From contig BPGV01000001.1 of assembly GCA_026003215.1 (NCBI GenBank), positions 2,202,466 through 2,266,465 on the forward strand: a stretch of 64,000 nt of DNA, given 5' to 3'. The translations under genes and the position numbers were made by a program. Of the stretch, positions 19,029 through 27,776 are shown piece by piece (position 1 is the first letter of the stretch; every line of letters begins with the position of its first letter). This DNA comes from Bacteroidia bacterium (GTDB taxonomy: Bacteria; Bacteroidota; Bacteroidia; SpSt-205). The notes beneath the pieces are model-generated. The model searched no databases. It saw nothing but the letters and a program-made list of their open reading frames with translations, and was not told the origin of the DNA.

Positions 19029-22000
19029 ATGAAAGCTTTGCTATATGTCTGTCTATGGGGTACCCTTTTATGGGCACAGGAGGAGCGGGAGCGCCCCACA
19101 GATCCGACGGGTAAGCCAGAGAAACCAGCTGCTGCTCGTCCTACGGCTATCACCCTTCAAGGGAAGGTTGTTTCGGCAGAAGGTGAGCCTTTGCCTGGGG
19201 CCTATGTTAAGGTTGTAGGTACCGTACAGGGTTCTGTCGCTGGAATAGAGGGGACCTTCAAGCTGGTGTTGCTTTCGCCGAGTGACCCTATTGAGTTGGA
19301 GGCGTCTTTTGTAGGGTATGAGGCGGCTCGGCTCTCTATACCGCTATCGCGTGCGGGTCAGCCGATAACTTTTACGCTTCAAGAGACAGGGGTACGGGCG
19401 CAGGAGGTGGTTATCTCAGCCAGCCGCGTGAGTGAGACCGTAATGCAGTCGCCTGTCACGGTGCTCAAAATGAGCGCTCGGGAGATTCAGGAAGCCCCGG
19501 GTGTCAATCTTTTTCAAAATATCACTTTTGTCAAGGGCGTAGAGCAGGTCTCTTCCAGCCTAACCTTTCAAGTAGTCAATACCCGGGGATTTAATGCAAC
19601 TACGAATGTGCGTTTTGTACAGCGTTTGGATGGAATAGAGATGCAGGCTCCTGCGCTGAACTTTCCTATCGGGGCTATTTCTAATACAGGAGATTTAGAT
19701 ATAGAGAGTGTAGAACTTTTGCCGGGGCCTGCATCAGCGTTGTATGGGCCTAATGCTTTTAGCGGGATAATGAATGTCTATACAAAGGATCCTTTCCGTT
19801 TTCCGGGGCTTTCGGCTTCGGTACGGCTGGGGGTGAATCATTTAGATAGGATAGACACTACGCCGCAGCCCCTATATGATATTTCTGTGCGCTATGCCAA
19901 AGCTTGGAACAACCGTTTGGGTATCAAGGTTTTTGCTAACTGGTTTGATGCGCATGACTGGATAGCGCAAGACCCTACCGATAGAGGTGTATATGCGGGA
20001 GCTGTAGGTCGGTATGCTATACCCGGTCTCCAAAATCCCGGCTACGATGCTGTAAATGTGTATGGTGATGAAGCGCGAGTGGACCCTACTACCGTGAGGA
20101 ATATTGCCTTAGGACTGGGTCCGAGCTTAGGCGGCGGATTGCCTAATGATACCAATGACCTGGGTTTTTATTTAGCCCGCACAGGGTATTGGGAACGCGA
20201 GGTGATTCGCTACAATGCTCGGGTAGGCAAAGCCAATTTTAGCGCGTATTATCGCCTCACAGATAAATTACAGCTAAGCTATACAGGTTTCGTCTCCACG
20301 GGGGCGACAGTATATCAAGGCGTGAATCGGTACAGCTTGCGGGAGTTTATCTTTAACGTGAATAAGGTAGAGTTAGCGGGCCCCGATTTTAGGGTATGGG
20401 CGTATGCAGCCTTAGAAAACTCTGGCAATAGCTATGATAGCCGCTTTGCAGCGCTCAACCTGCTGAATAGTGTCAAGCCCCATACCAACTGGATGGTGCA
20501 ATATACCCTGGCTTATACGGGGCAGTTGTGGCGGATGATGCAGGGATTAGGCGAAAATCCGGCTGATTATGGTGTGCCGGCTGGGGGGGATCACGCGGCG
20601 GCGCGGGCATTTGCGGACTCGGATAAGGCTAAGGCTATTCAGCAGGTGCTTCGCCAATATGGGTATCCGGACCAGATAGTGACGCTTTTTGGCGGAGATG
20701 CTCGGCCGGTGCCGGGTAGCTCGGCCTTTAAGGAAGCCTTGGATAGGGTGATAGGTCAGCCTAACTTTGCTCAAGGAGGCGCTAAGTTTTTTGATAGGAG
20801 CTCTTTTTATCACGCAGAGGGTCAGTATGATTTATCCAGGCGGATTCGCTGGGTAAATCTCTTAGTAGGCGGTAACTTTCGGTATTATATGATGAACTCA
20901 CGCGGTACCATTTTTTCGGATACCAGTGGTCCGATAGGCGTGTGGGAATATGGCGCTTTCGCGCAAATGAAGAAAGCGCTATGGCAGGAACGGCTCCAGC
21001 TCTTAGGCTCCCTGCGCTACGATAAGAATGTCAACTTTCAAGGGCGCTTCACGCCGAGGGTAGGGTTTATTTTAGCGGTGGATAAAGAGAAGAATCATAA
21101 TCTGCGTGCTTCGTATCAGACAGGCTTTCGCATGCCTACGCTACAAGCGCAGTACTTAGACTTGGATGTAGGACCTTTCAAGCTGATAGGCGGTTTGCGT
21201 TCGTCAGATGAGTACTATGGGATTGTTGGGAATAACTACTCGGGGGAGTCGGTGCAGGCCTTTCGGGACTCCTTGGCGGCTCGGACGCGGGGCTCGTCTA
21301 ATCCGGCCGATTATGCGGACCTTTTGCGGGTATTACCTATTGAAAATGTCAAACCCGAACGCGTAGCCGCGATAGAAGTGGGTTCTCGCCACCTGATTGC
21401 CAATAGGATTTACATAGACTTAGATTATGCGTATTCGCGCTTTACGGACTTTTTAGGGAGCATAGATTTTGTGGGCCCGCGTCGGTATTTGCAACCAGAT
21501 GGCACTTGGTATATAGGACGCCTTACGCCGGATTCCGCTGCCGTGGGCGCATACGCGCCGTATCGCCGCTATTATAACACCTCTTCCGTCGTTTTTACGC
21601 ACCATTTTGCTACTACAATACAATATACTATTAGCAGAAGCTTTTTTGTAAGTGGTAACTTCACTTATGCAGAGATAATCCTTAGTGAGGAAGCTAAACT
21701 GGATAAACTTATAGCGCAGTTCAATACCCCTAAATATAAAGCTTCGGCGTACTTCTCTGGCAGGGAGCTTCTCAAGAATAAACGTCTGAGCTTTACGGTG
21801 GGTTACCGCTGGATGAATGCTTATCTTTTTGAAGAGTCTTTTCATTCGCGCGTTATACCGACGTATCAACTGGTAGATGCGCAGGTAAGTTATAAGTTTC
21901 CTAAGCTAAAGAGCCAGTTTCGTATAGGCGGGCAAAATATCTTAAATAATCGGCATGTAGAAGTGCCGGGCGGACCTACCTTGGGGGCGTTGTATTATGT

Positions 22001-22031
22001 GCAGTGGATTTATGATCCGTTCCTTCCGTGA
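19029..22031 (+). CDS. TonB-dependent receptor with CarboxypepD_reg-like N-terminal domain
   Basis: Signal peptide, GEPLPGAYV, plug motifs VVISASR and GPASALYG, beta-barrel C-terminus; start revised to 19029 after the TACCTTTG box. Confidence 0.9.
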   Translation: MKALLYVCLWGTLLWAQEERERPTDPTGKPEKPAAARPTAITLQGKVVSAEGEPLPGAYVKVVGTVQGSVAGIEGTFKLVLLSPSDPIELEASFVGYEAARLSIPLSRAGQPITFTLQETGVRAQEVVISASRVSETVMQSPVTVLKMSAREIQEAPGVNLFQNITFVKGVEQVSSSLTFQVVNTRGFNATTNVRFVQRLDGIEMQAPALNFPIGAISNTGDLDIESVELLPGPASALYGPNAFSGIMNVYTKDPFRFPGLSASVRLGVNHLDRIDTTPQPLYDISVRYAKAWNNRLGIKVFANWFDAHDWIAQDPTDRGVYAGAVGRYAIPGLQNPGYDAVNVYGDEARVDPTTVRNIALGLGPSLGGGLPNDTNDLGFYLARTGYWEREVIRYNARVGKANFSAYYRLTDKLQLSYTGFVSTGATVYQGVNRYSLREFIFNVNKVELAGPDFRVWAYAALENSGNSYDSRFAALNLLNSVKPHTNWMVQYTLAYTGQLWRMMQGLGENPADYGVPAGGDHAAARAFADSDKAKAIQQVLRQYGYPDQIVTLFGGDARPVPGSSAFKEALDRVIGQPNFAQGGAKFFDRSSFYHAEGQYDLSRRIRWVNLLVGGNFRYYMMNSRGTIFSDTSGPIGVWEYGAFAQMKKALWQERLQLLGSLRYDKNVNFQGRFTPRVGFILAVDKEKNHNLRASYQTGFRMPTLQAQYLDLDVGPFKLIGGLRSSDEYYGIVGNNYSGESVQAFRDSLAARTRGSSNPADYADLLRVLPIENVKPERVAAIEVGSRHLIANRIYIDLDYAYSRFTDFLGSIDFVGPRRYLQPDGTWYIGRLTPDSAAVGAYAPYRRYYNTSSVVFTHHFATTIQYTISRSFFVSGNFTYAEIILSEEAKLDKLIAQFNTPKYKASAYFSGRELLKNKRLSFTVGYRWMNAYLFEESFHSRVIPTYQLVDAQVSYKFPKLKSQFRIGGQNILNNRHVEVPGGPTLGALYYVQWIYDPFLP

Positions 22032-22801
22032 GGGAGGGCGAAGAGGGCCCGGGCATTCTCGGTGGTGCGTTCTATGAGGGTAGAGAGGGGGAGTTGGCGG
22101 AGTTCGGCTAAGGTGCGGGCGGTGTAGAGCAGGTAGCTACTTTCATTGCGGCGGCCCCGGAAAGGGGTAGGGGTAAGGTAGGGGCTGTCCGTCTCCAGAA
22201 GGAGGCGGTCCAGCGGGAGTTTCTTGACAGCTTCTTGTAAAGCCGTGGCTTTTTTGTAGGTAAGTACGCCGCCGATTCCTAAGTAAAAGCCTTGGTCAAT
22301 AATCTTTTTTCCTTCTTCGTACGAGCCGGTGAAGCAGTGGAATACCCCTTTAAGTCTCCCAATAAAAGGCCTAAGGACCTCAAGGGATTCGTCTAACGCA
22401 TTGCGAAAGTGAATAGAAACGGGCAAGTTATACTGGATGGCCCATTCGGCCTGACGGAAAAGCGCTTCTTCTTGCCAGGCGCGGGTGGAGGTTTCATGGT
22501 AAAGGTCTAAGCCTATTTCCCCGATGGCTATCCACGGATACGTAGAGAGGTGTTGTTCTAAGAGGGTCAGCTCTTCTGGAAAGTTTTCTTTTACGTGGTT
22601 AGGATGTAGCCCTATCATGCCAAAGTAAAAATCGGGGGCCAGCTGTATGAGTTTTTTCAAGTCAGGCAGGGTATGGCTGTCTAAGTTAGGCAAAAGCACG
22701 GCCTCGCATATGCTGCGGGCACGATGGGTAACGGCCTCTTCTTCACCAGCAAAATCTTTCAGAAACAAGTGCGCGTGCGTGTCAATGAGACGGGCTTCCA
22801 T
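22010..22801 (-). CDS. tatD: TatD-family hydrolase
   Basis: IDTHAH, GLHP, AIGEIGLD, VFHCFTG, LETDSPYL. Confidence 0.92.
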   Translation of the reverse strand: MEARLIDTHAHLFLKDFAGEEEAVTHRARSICEAVLLPNLDSHTLPDLKKLIQLAPDFYFGMIGLHPNHVKENFPEELTLLEQHLSTYPWIAIGEIGLDLYHETSTRAWQEEALFRQAEWAIQYNLPVSIHFRNALDESLEVLRPFIGRLKGVFHCFTGSYEEGKKIIDQGFYLGIGGVLTYKKATALQEAVKKLPLDRLLLETDSPYLTPTPFRGRRNESSYLLYTARTLAELRQLPLSTLIERTTENARALFALPHGRNGS

Positions 22802-23370
22802 GTGATAGTGGGATATATTTTGTGGAGTTCGTAGCGCATTCTATCTATAATAGGGGCTAAAGAGTCTTCGGCTCCAGCTACTTTGAAGTAAGAGGCTATC
22901 ATCACAGCATAGCGCGTCGAGTCGGTAAAAAATAAAAGCGCATGGGTAGGTACATCGCCATAGAGCTCGTAGAAAAACCCTTTACCTGTTTGGCTACGGA
23001 CAGGTTTTTCGCTGATATCGGTGGCCCTAATGGCGTGTTTATAGATGAGCTTTCGGTAGATTTCTAAGGCTTTGGCTGGGGTAGTATGGAGCTGGGCCAG
23101 ATCATGGGCTGTAATATGCCAGTAAGCATCTAAATCAGGAAAGTATAAATCAAACCAGCACGAGTCTTTGGGCACATAATGCAAGCGAGCATAAGCCGGG
23201 TAAGCAAAGCGTATAGGACATATTTCACAGGCGAGCGTATCATACCGTCCGGTATCAGGTAGCAGGAGCCTGGGGTAGGTCTTGGGGCGAGGAAACGGCT
23301 GACTCTGGCAGCCGATAAGCCCGAATACGCTCAATCCGATGAGGGCTTCTATCCACCACTTCAAAGGCAT
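22759..23370 (-). CDS. gldD: Gliding motility lipoprotein GldD
   Basis: Lipobox LIGC; PRPKTYPRL, YKHAIRA, LYGDVPT..FFTDST, DSLAP; follows gldE. Confidence 0.8.
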   Translation of the reverse strand: MPLKWWIEALIGLSVFGLIGCQSQPFPRPKTYPRLLLPDTGRYDTLACEICPIRFAYPAYARLHYVPKDSCWFDLYFPDLDAYWHITAHDLAQLHTTPAKALEIYRKLIYKHAIRATDISEKPVRSQTGKGFFYELYGDVPTHALLFFTDSTRYAVMIASYFKVAGAEDSLAPIIDRMRYELHKIYPTITWKPVSLTRTRTCF

Positions 23371-24541
23371 AGTTGCGGTAATATATGGTTTCTCCTTTCT
23401 CCGGGATGTCTTCTGCGAGCGAGAGTAGAAACTCAGCCAGGTTTTCGGCGTTTCTGGCGGCTTCTTCTTGGAAAAAGTCTGATGGCAGCTGAAGTACTTC
23501 TTGAACGATTACCAAAGGAGTATGCGCTTGAAAATATACGCTACCCTCGGACTGGATCTCGTAAAGGAAAGAGGTAGGATGTTCCTCTTCTCTGTATCCA
23601 AACACTACCTCTAACAAGCGCTGGAGTGAAATAATCCCCGCCACAGAACCAAACTCATCCACCACAATAGCTACATGCTGGCGCTGGTTTTTGAGTTCTA
23701 TCAAAAGCTCGTAGGCATTTTTATTTTCCGGCACAAAATAGGCGGGCCTGATAAGCGCCTGCCAGTTTGAAACTTCTTCTTTTGGCCAGTGCGGCAAGAT
23801 ATCCTTTACCATTAATATGCCTCGTATATCGTCTAAACTTTCTTGATAGATAGGGATGCGTATGTATGGAAGCGAGCTTAGGGTAGCTTTGAGCTCTTGC
23901 CAAGAAAGTGATATCGGGATAGCCTTCATGTCCATGCGAGATATCATAAAAGACTTTATCGGCAAGCGGCGTAAGAGAAGGAGATTCTTAAGAACTTTCT
24001 TTTCAATAGGAGGGGATAGCTCTGTGGGAAGGAGTTCTACGAGGTCGGAGAGGCTTTCTGGGGAAGAGGTGGGCTTCCAGTAGCGTTCTATCTGGTGGCG
24101 GAGTGTAGTCAGTTTTTGCGTAAGAGGATATACCAGCCAAAAAATGAGCTGCACAAGCGGAGTTCCCCAGCGAAGAAATACCCTCGGCCGCGTGAGGGCC
24201 AGCGTTTTAGGGAGGATCTCTCCTAATAGTACAATAATTGCCAACGCCATGAGCGCAGATAGCCCCTCGCCATAAGGAAGCCCCCACGCTTGGGCCGTAT
24301 AAAAGAGGAGGAGGGTAAGGCCGAGATTGGCTAAAGTATTGCCTACAAGGAGCACACTCAGGAGCACCTCGGGCTGCTCTGCAAAGTATCTGACCCAATA
24401 GGCCCATGGGCGGTGCTTGTAGGAGCTGAGAAGCTTATGTATGTCTCCTCCACTTAGGCTAAAAAAGGCCGTCTCGTATCCCGAGAAAGTGGCTGAGAGT
24501 AAAAGGAAAGCGACTGTGCCTACAAGGGGTACTGGGTCCAA
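23255..24541 (-). CDS. gldE: Gliding motility protein GldE (CNNM/DUF21-CBS-CorC)
   Basis: FSGYETAFFSL, LLVGN, GEILPK, CBS pair, VVDEFG; likely TTG start (MDPVP) 7 nt after a TACCTTTG box. Confidence 0.8.
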   Translation of the reverse strand: MDPVPLVGTVAFLLLSATFSGYETAFFSLSGGDIHKLLSSYKHRPWAYWVRYFAEQPEVLLSVLLVGNTLANLGLTLLLFYTAQAWGLPYGEGLSALMALAIIVLLGEILPKTLALTRPRVFLRWGTPLVQLIFWLVYPLTQKLTTLRHQIERYWKPTSSPESLSDLVELLPTELSPPIEKKVLKNLLLLRRLPIKSFMISRMDMKAIPISLSWQELKATLSSLPYIRIPIYQESLDDIRGILMVKDILPHWPKEEVSNWQALIRPAYFVPENKNAYELLIELKNQRQHVAIVVDEFGSVAGIISLQRLLEVVFGYREEEHPTSFLYEIQSEGSVYFQAHTPLVIVQEVLQLPSDFFQEEAARNAENLAEFLLSLAEDIPEKGETIYYRNYAFEVVDRSPHRIERIRAYRLPESAVSSPQDLPQAPAT

Positions 24542-24617
24542 CGCAGGACAAAGGTAAGAAGATTCCGAAAGAGTGGTCCCTGCAACCGCCAAGGTGTCGT
24601 GTGCGTATAAATAATGT

Positions 24618-24818
24618 ATGAAAAAGATAGCGTTAGTCGTGGTTCCCCTGCTGGGGGTGGCGCTGGCGAAAGCCGAAGCGCAAGTAGAAGTAGAAAAGGT
24701 GCACGAACGGGTGACGGTGACTGTGGGTCCGGGGAAGAACTATCGGGCGAAGCTGGCGCAGTCGTATTTTGGGGGGCGAGGGAAGTGTCGGAACTGGAAA
24801 CGTTTTTGTGGTCGGTGA
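24618..24818 (+). CDS. Small secreted hypothetical protein
   Basis: MKKIALVVVPLLGVALAKAEAQ signal peptide followed by a terminator-like hairpin; C-terminus may be affected by a G6 tract at 24771-24776. Confidence 0.5.
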   Translation: MKKIALVVVPLLGVALAKAEAQVEVEKVHERVTVTVGPGKNYRAKLAQSYFGGRGKCRNWKRFCGR

Positions 24819-24822
24819 GTGG

Positions 24823-24846
24823 AGGCCTGCTTAGGCAGGCCTTTTT
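24823..24846 (+). terminator. Putative intrinsic terminator
   Basis: AGGCCTGC-TTAG-GCAGGCCT followed by TTTT. Confidence 0.65.
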
Positions 24847-24848
24847 GT

Positions 24849-24885
24849 GGGGCGGTGCAGCCGCCTGTGGCGGCTGCACCGCCCC
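24849..24885. repeat. REP-like perfect palindrome (17-bp stem, TGT loop)
   Basis: GGGGCGGTGCAGCCGCC-TGT-GGCGGCTGCACCGCCCC. Confidence 0.85.
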
Positions 24886-24916
24886 CTGCTTTTTACTAAA
24901 CTTGTCCTGGGCAAAC

Positions 24917-26847
24917 ATGTCCCCCTTTTTCTGGCTCCAACTCTGGGGCACCCCTCTCGCCCTGGCTTCAGAGGTTGCCCCCCGCTATACCTACCTACCG
25001 CTACGGTAGGCGCTCATAGACTGCGACTCGCTTCTGCGGCACGCCGGGCTGAAGGATACCATAACCTCCTTATGGGAGCCGTGAGAGGGCTATCGTTTAG
25101 CGCAGACTGCTAACGGAGTTACTCTCTCTGCAGGCGACACCCTCGGGTGGATATATGGTTTGTATGCCCTTCTGCAAGAGAAGTGGGGTTTTGTCTTCAT
25201 GCATCCGCAGGTCACGGTGCGCACGGATCATTTGCCCTGCTGGCGGGTACTGGAAGCGGTCCCTCGTTTCTCTTGGCGAGGATTGCATTTGCGTACGCAG
25301 CACCCTATCGAGCTTACCGAACCTTTACTGATCCTTCTTTTCCCGAGGGAGAGCGGTGGGTACAAGCGTATATAAATTGGCTTATTCGGAACGGGCAAAA
25401 CTATTTTGCGTTTTGTCTCTTGCGGACAGTAGATATTCAGCGGTGGTTACCTTACTTTCGGCGTATCGTAGCGTATGCTCGGGCTCGAGGGGGTTGAAGT
25501 GGGGGCTTGCCCTTTCCCTGCGCATGCAGCAGCAGCGCGCTTTCCCACTCTTGCCCCGATATGCTTTAAGGGCGAAGAATCGGGTGCTAAAAGAGCGGCT
25601 AATGCTTCTTGCTTCTACGGGTATTTCTCGGCTGAATGTAAACCTAAATGCCGCAGAGTTTGTAGGCAGAGACTGGGGAGGGGGGATAGATAGTCTGACT
25701 CAGTACGCTCGGGCATTAGGGATTGTTGTAATGTCTCGGCAGCATGTAGTGCCTGCGCATACGGTAGGTCGCTTTCAGCCTGCAGAACTGCCCCCAGCGC
25801 TTATCTTATGTGTGCATTCGGTAATGTGTTATGGGCTGCGCGATACGCTCGCACCCGTGTATAGGTGCAAAGATTTTTCGCATCTTGTACAAGCGCTCCG
25901 AGTAGAAAGGCAGCGGCGGAAAGTATGGTGTTATCCAGAGACGGCGTATTGGGTGACTTTTGATAATAGGGTGCCGGTGTGGCTTCTTTCGTACTTGTGC
26001 AGCCGCTGGGAAGATATGCAAGAAGTGGAGAGCCTGGTGGAAGGGCATCTTACTTTCTCTTCAGGCTGGGATGTTAGGTATGGGCTTTTTGATTGGAGTG
26101 CGGCGCGCTGGAGCGGGCGCTACCACCACGATGGGCGGCCGGCTTACACAGGCCGGGAGGAAGGCTTGCTCAGGCTATGTGGCGGGGATACTGCGGTGTG
26201 GAGGCAGCTTGTCCGTTTCCAAGACAGTGTCCTGGTAGGTAAGGATGTTTTGAGCTATATAACGCCTACCACGCCCATAGATGAAATAAGTTGGAGGTGG
26301 CTGCCGGCTTTCCAACCCCGCTTGGCTATACCCCCTTAGCACATATATCGCCGGCCTGCGGCTCATCGGACTATGTTCCTGCCTAAGTTAGAAGGGATAA
26401 AAAACGGCTTTAGAACGCTGGCCTTCATGGCCGACGTGCCAGCCTCAGGATAGGACTTTGGCTATTTTGTGGCAGGAGTGCCGAGCCGCTTGGGAACTAA
26501 CCCGTCTGCGAGTGGCATTTCGGTACCACTGGCTTGCTGGGCTGCTTAGTGAGCGGAATAGCCCGGAGGAAAAAAAGTACATAGACATGCTGGAACAGCT
26601 ACTCCAGAAAGCTGCTTACTGGGTAAAACAACTGCCGGCGCGCTATTCTGTTTGTGCGGCCGGGCGGCTCTGTCGGGCGGGGCGACGAGGGTGCAAGCCT
26701 CCGCATCCCAGTTACCGGTTCGGGTATTTGTATCCTGCAGTGAGCTTACACTTCTGGCGGCGGGAATCGGGCCAGCTCAAAGAAGGGCGTTGGGCGGTGT
26801 GGTACCAAAATACCTGGGATATACCTCGTATCAAGGGGCTTTGGTGA
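24917..26847 (+). pseudogene. Degraded gene for a conserved secreted hypothetical (possibly hydrolase-fold) protein
   Basis: One coherent protein runs across frames (WIYGLYALLQEKWGFVFMHP, RGLHLRTQHPIELTE, INWLIRNGQN, YPETAYWVTFDN, GHLTFSSGW, FGYLYP...HFWRRE); in-frame TAG at 25007 and TGA at 25082 plus several frameshifts. Confidence 0.75.
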
Positions 26848-27397
26848 AACGTGTAACTGATTGGAGGAACTTTTGAAAAGCTTGGGCGCGATGAGAATAG
26901 CTATTTTTCCACGTCGGACCCAGCTCAGCTAAGGTGCGGGTTTCCCCCAGCGGAATAAAAACGGGGTCATAGCCAAAGCCGGCCTCACCCCGCAGTTCGT
27001 AGGCGATATGCCCTGCGCAATAACCCGTATAAAAGCGATACGCATTCGGTCCCCAGTAGGCTACTATCACCGCAGCAAAATAAGCTCGGCGTTCGTGTTG
27101 GCCTTGGAGGGTTTCGAGGAGGCGTACAGGTCCGCCGTATCGGGCTGCCTTTGCCCCCGGCGATCCCCTTAAGGCTACCACAAAAAGCCCACTGTCTTCG
27201 GCGATTACTGGCTCTTGGAGCTTACCGTAATAAAAAGAAGCTTTCGCCAGCGCGTTCTCGTATAAGGTGTTGTAGGGCTCTGGTGCTTCAGGCAAGTCTG
27301 CCGCCAAGCCCTCTAAAATAAGCTTGCCTTCACATATTTGGAGAGCTTCTTCGAGTTTATGGCTATTCTTTGTGGCGAATACCCACTTAGCCACCAC
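26831..27397 (-). CDS. rdgB: Non-canonical purine NTP pyrophosphatase (RdgB/HAM1)
   Basis: ATKNSHKLEE, ENALAKA, EDSGL, GFGYDPVF, SHRAQA. Confidence 0.93.
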   Translation of the reverse strand: MVAKWVFATKNSHKLEEALQICEGKLILEGLAADLPEAPEPYNTLYENALAKASFYYGKLQEPVIAEDSGLFVVALRGSPGAKAARYGGPVRLLETLQGQHERRAYFAAVIVAYWGPNAYRFYTGYCAGHIAYELRGEAGFGYDPVFIPLGETRTLAELGPTWKNSYSHRAQAFQKFLQSVTRFTKAP

Positions 27398-27698
27398 TTT
27401 TTTTGGCGATATGTCCCTCTTTTTGGAGGAAAGCCAGCACCTTATCTATACAGTTTCCTTGGAGCAGGATAGTATTTTCTTGGATGCTGCCGCCTGTGGC
27501 ACATAGTTGACGCAGGCGTTTAGCGAAGGCTTCCAGGTCTTCCTTTCGGCCCACAAAGCCCGTGATTTCGGTCACTTCTCGGGTGCCGGCGATGCGGCGG
27601 CGCTGCACCCGTAAGTTTTGGCGGGGGGGCGTTGGTAGCTCCTCAGGAGGCTTAGCTGGGGAGGAACGGGTGGAAAAGACGAGTTTCTCCTCTGCCAT
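27387..27698 (-). CDS. SUI1/eIF1-like translation initiation factor (YciH)
   Basis: LVFST, VTEITGFVG, LRQLCATGGS, ILLQG, C-terminal SGG. Confidence 0.85.
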   Translation of the reverse strand: MAEEKLVFSTRSSPAKPPEELPTPPRQNLRVQRRRIAGTREVTEITGFVGRKEDLEAFAKRLRQLCATGGSIQENTILLQGNCIDKVLAFLQKEGHIAKKSGG

Positions 27699-27776
27699 AA
27701 GTCAAAGGTAGTACAAGCCTTGGGAAGGTACAGTTTTTACATACAGTTTATCTCGGGTGCAGAGCTTTGACCTGAC

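Noticed and set aside
24614-25009. 131-aa plus-strand ORF and the opposite-strand ORF 24520-24951
   Set aside because: Both read through terminator and palindrome sequence; better explained by the small secreted ORF plus the pseudogene start
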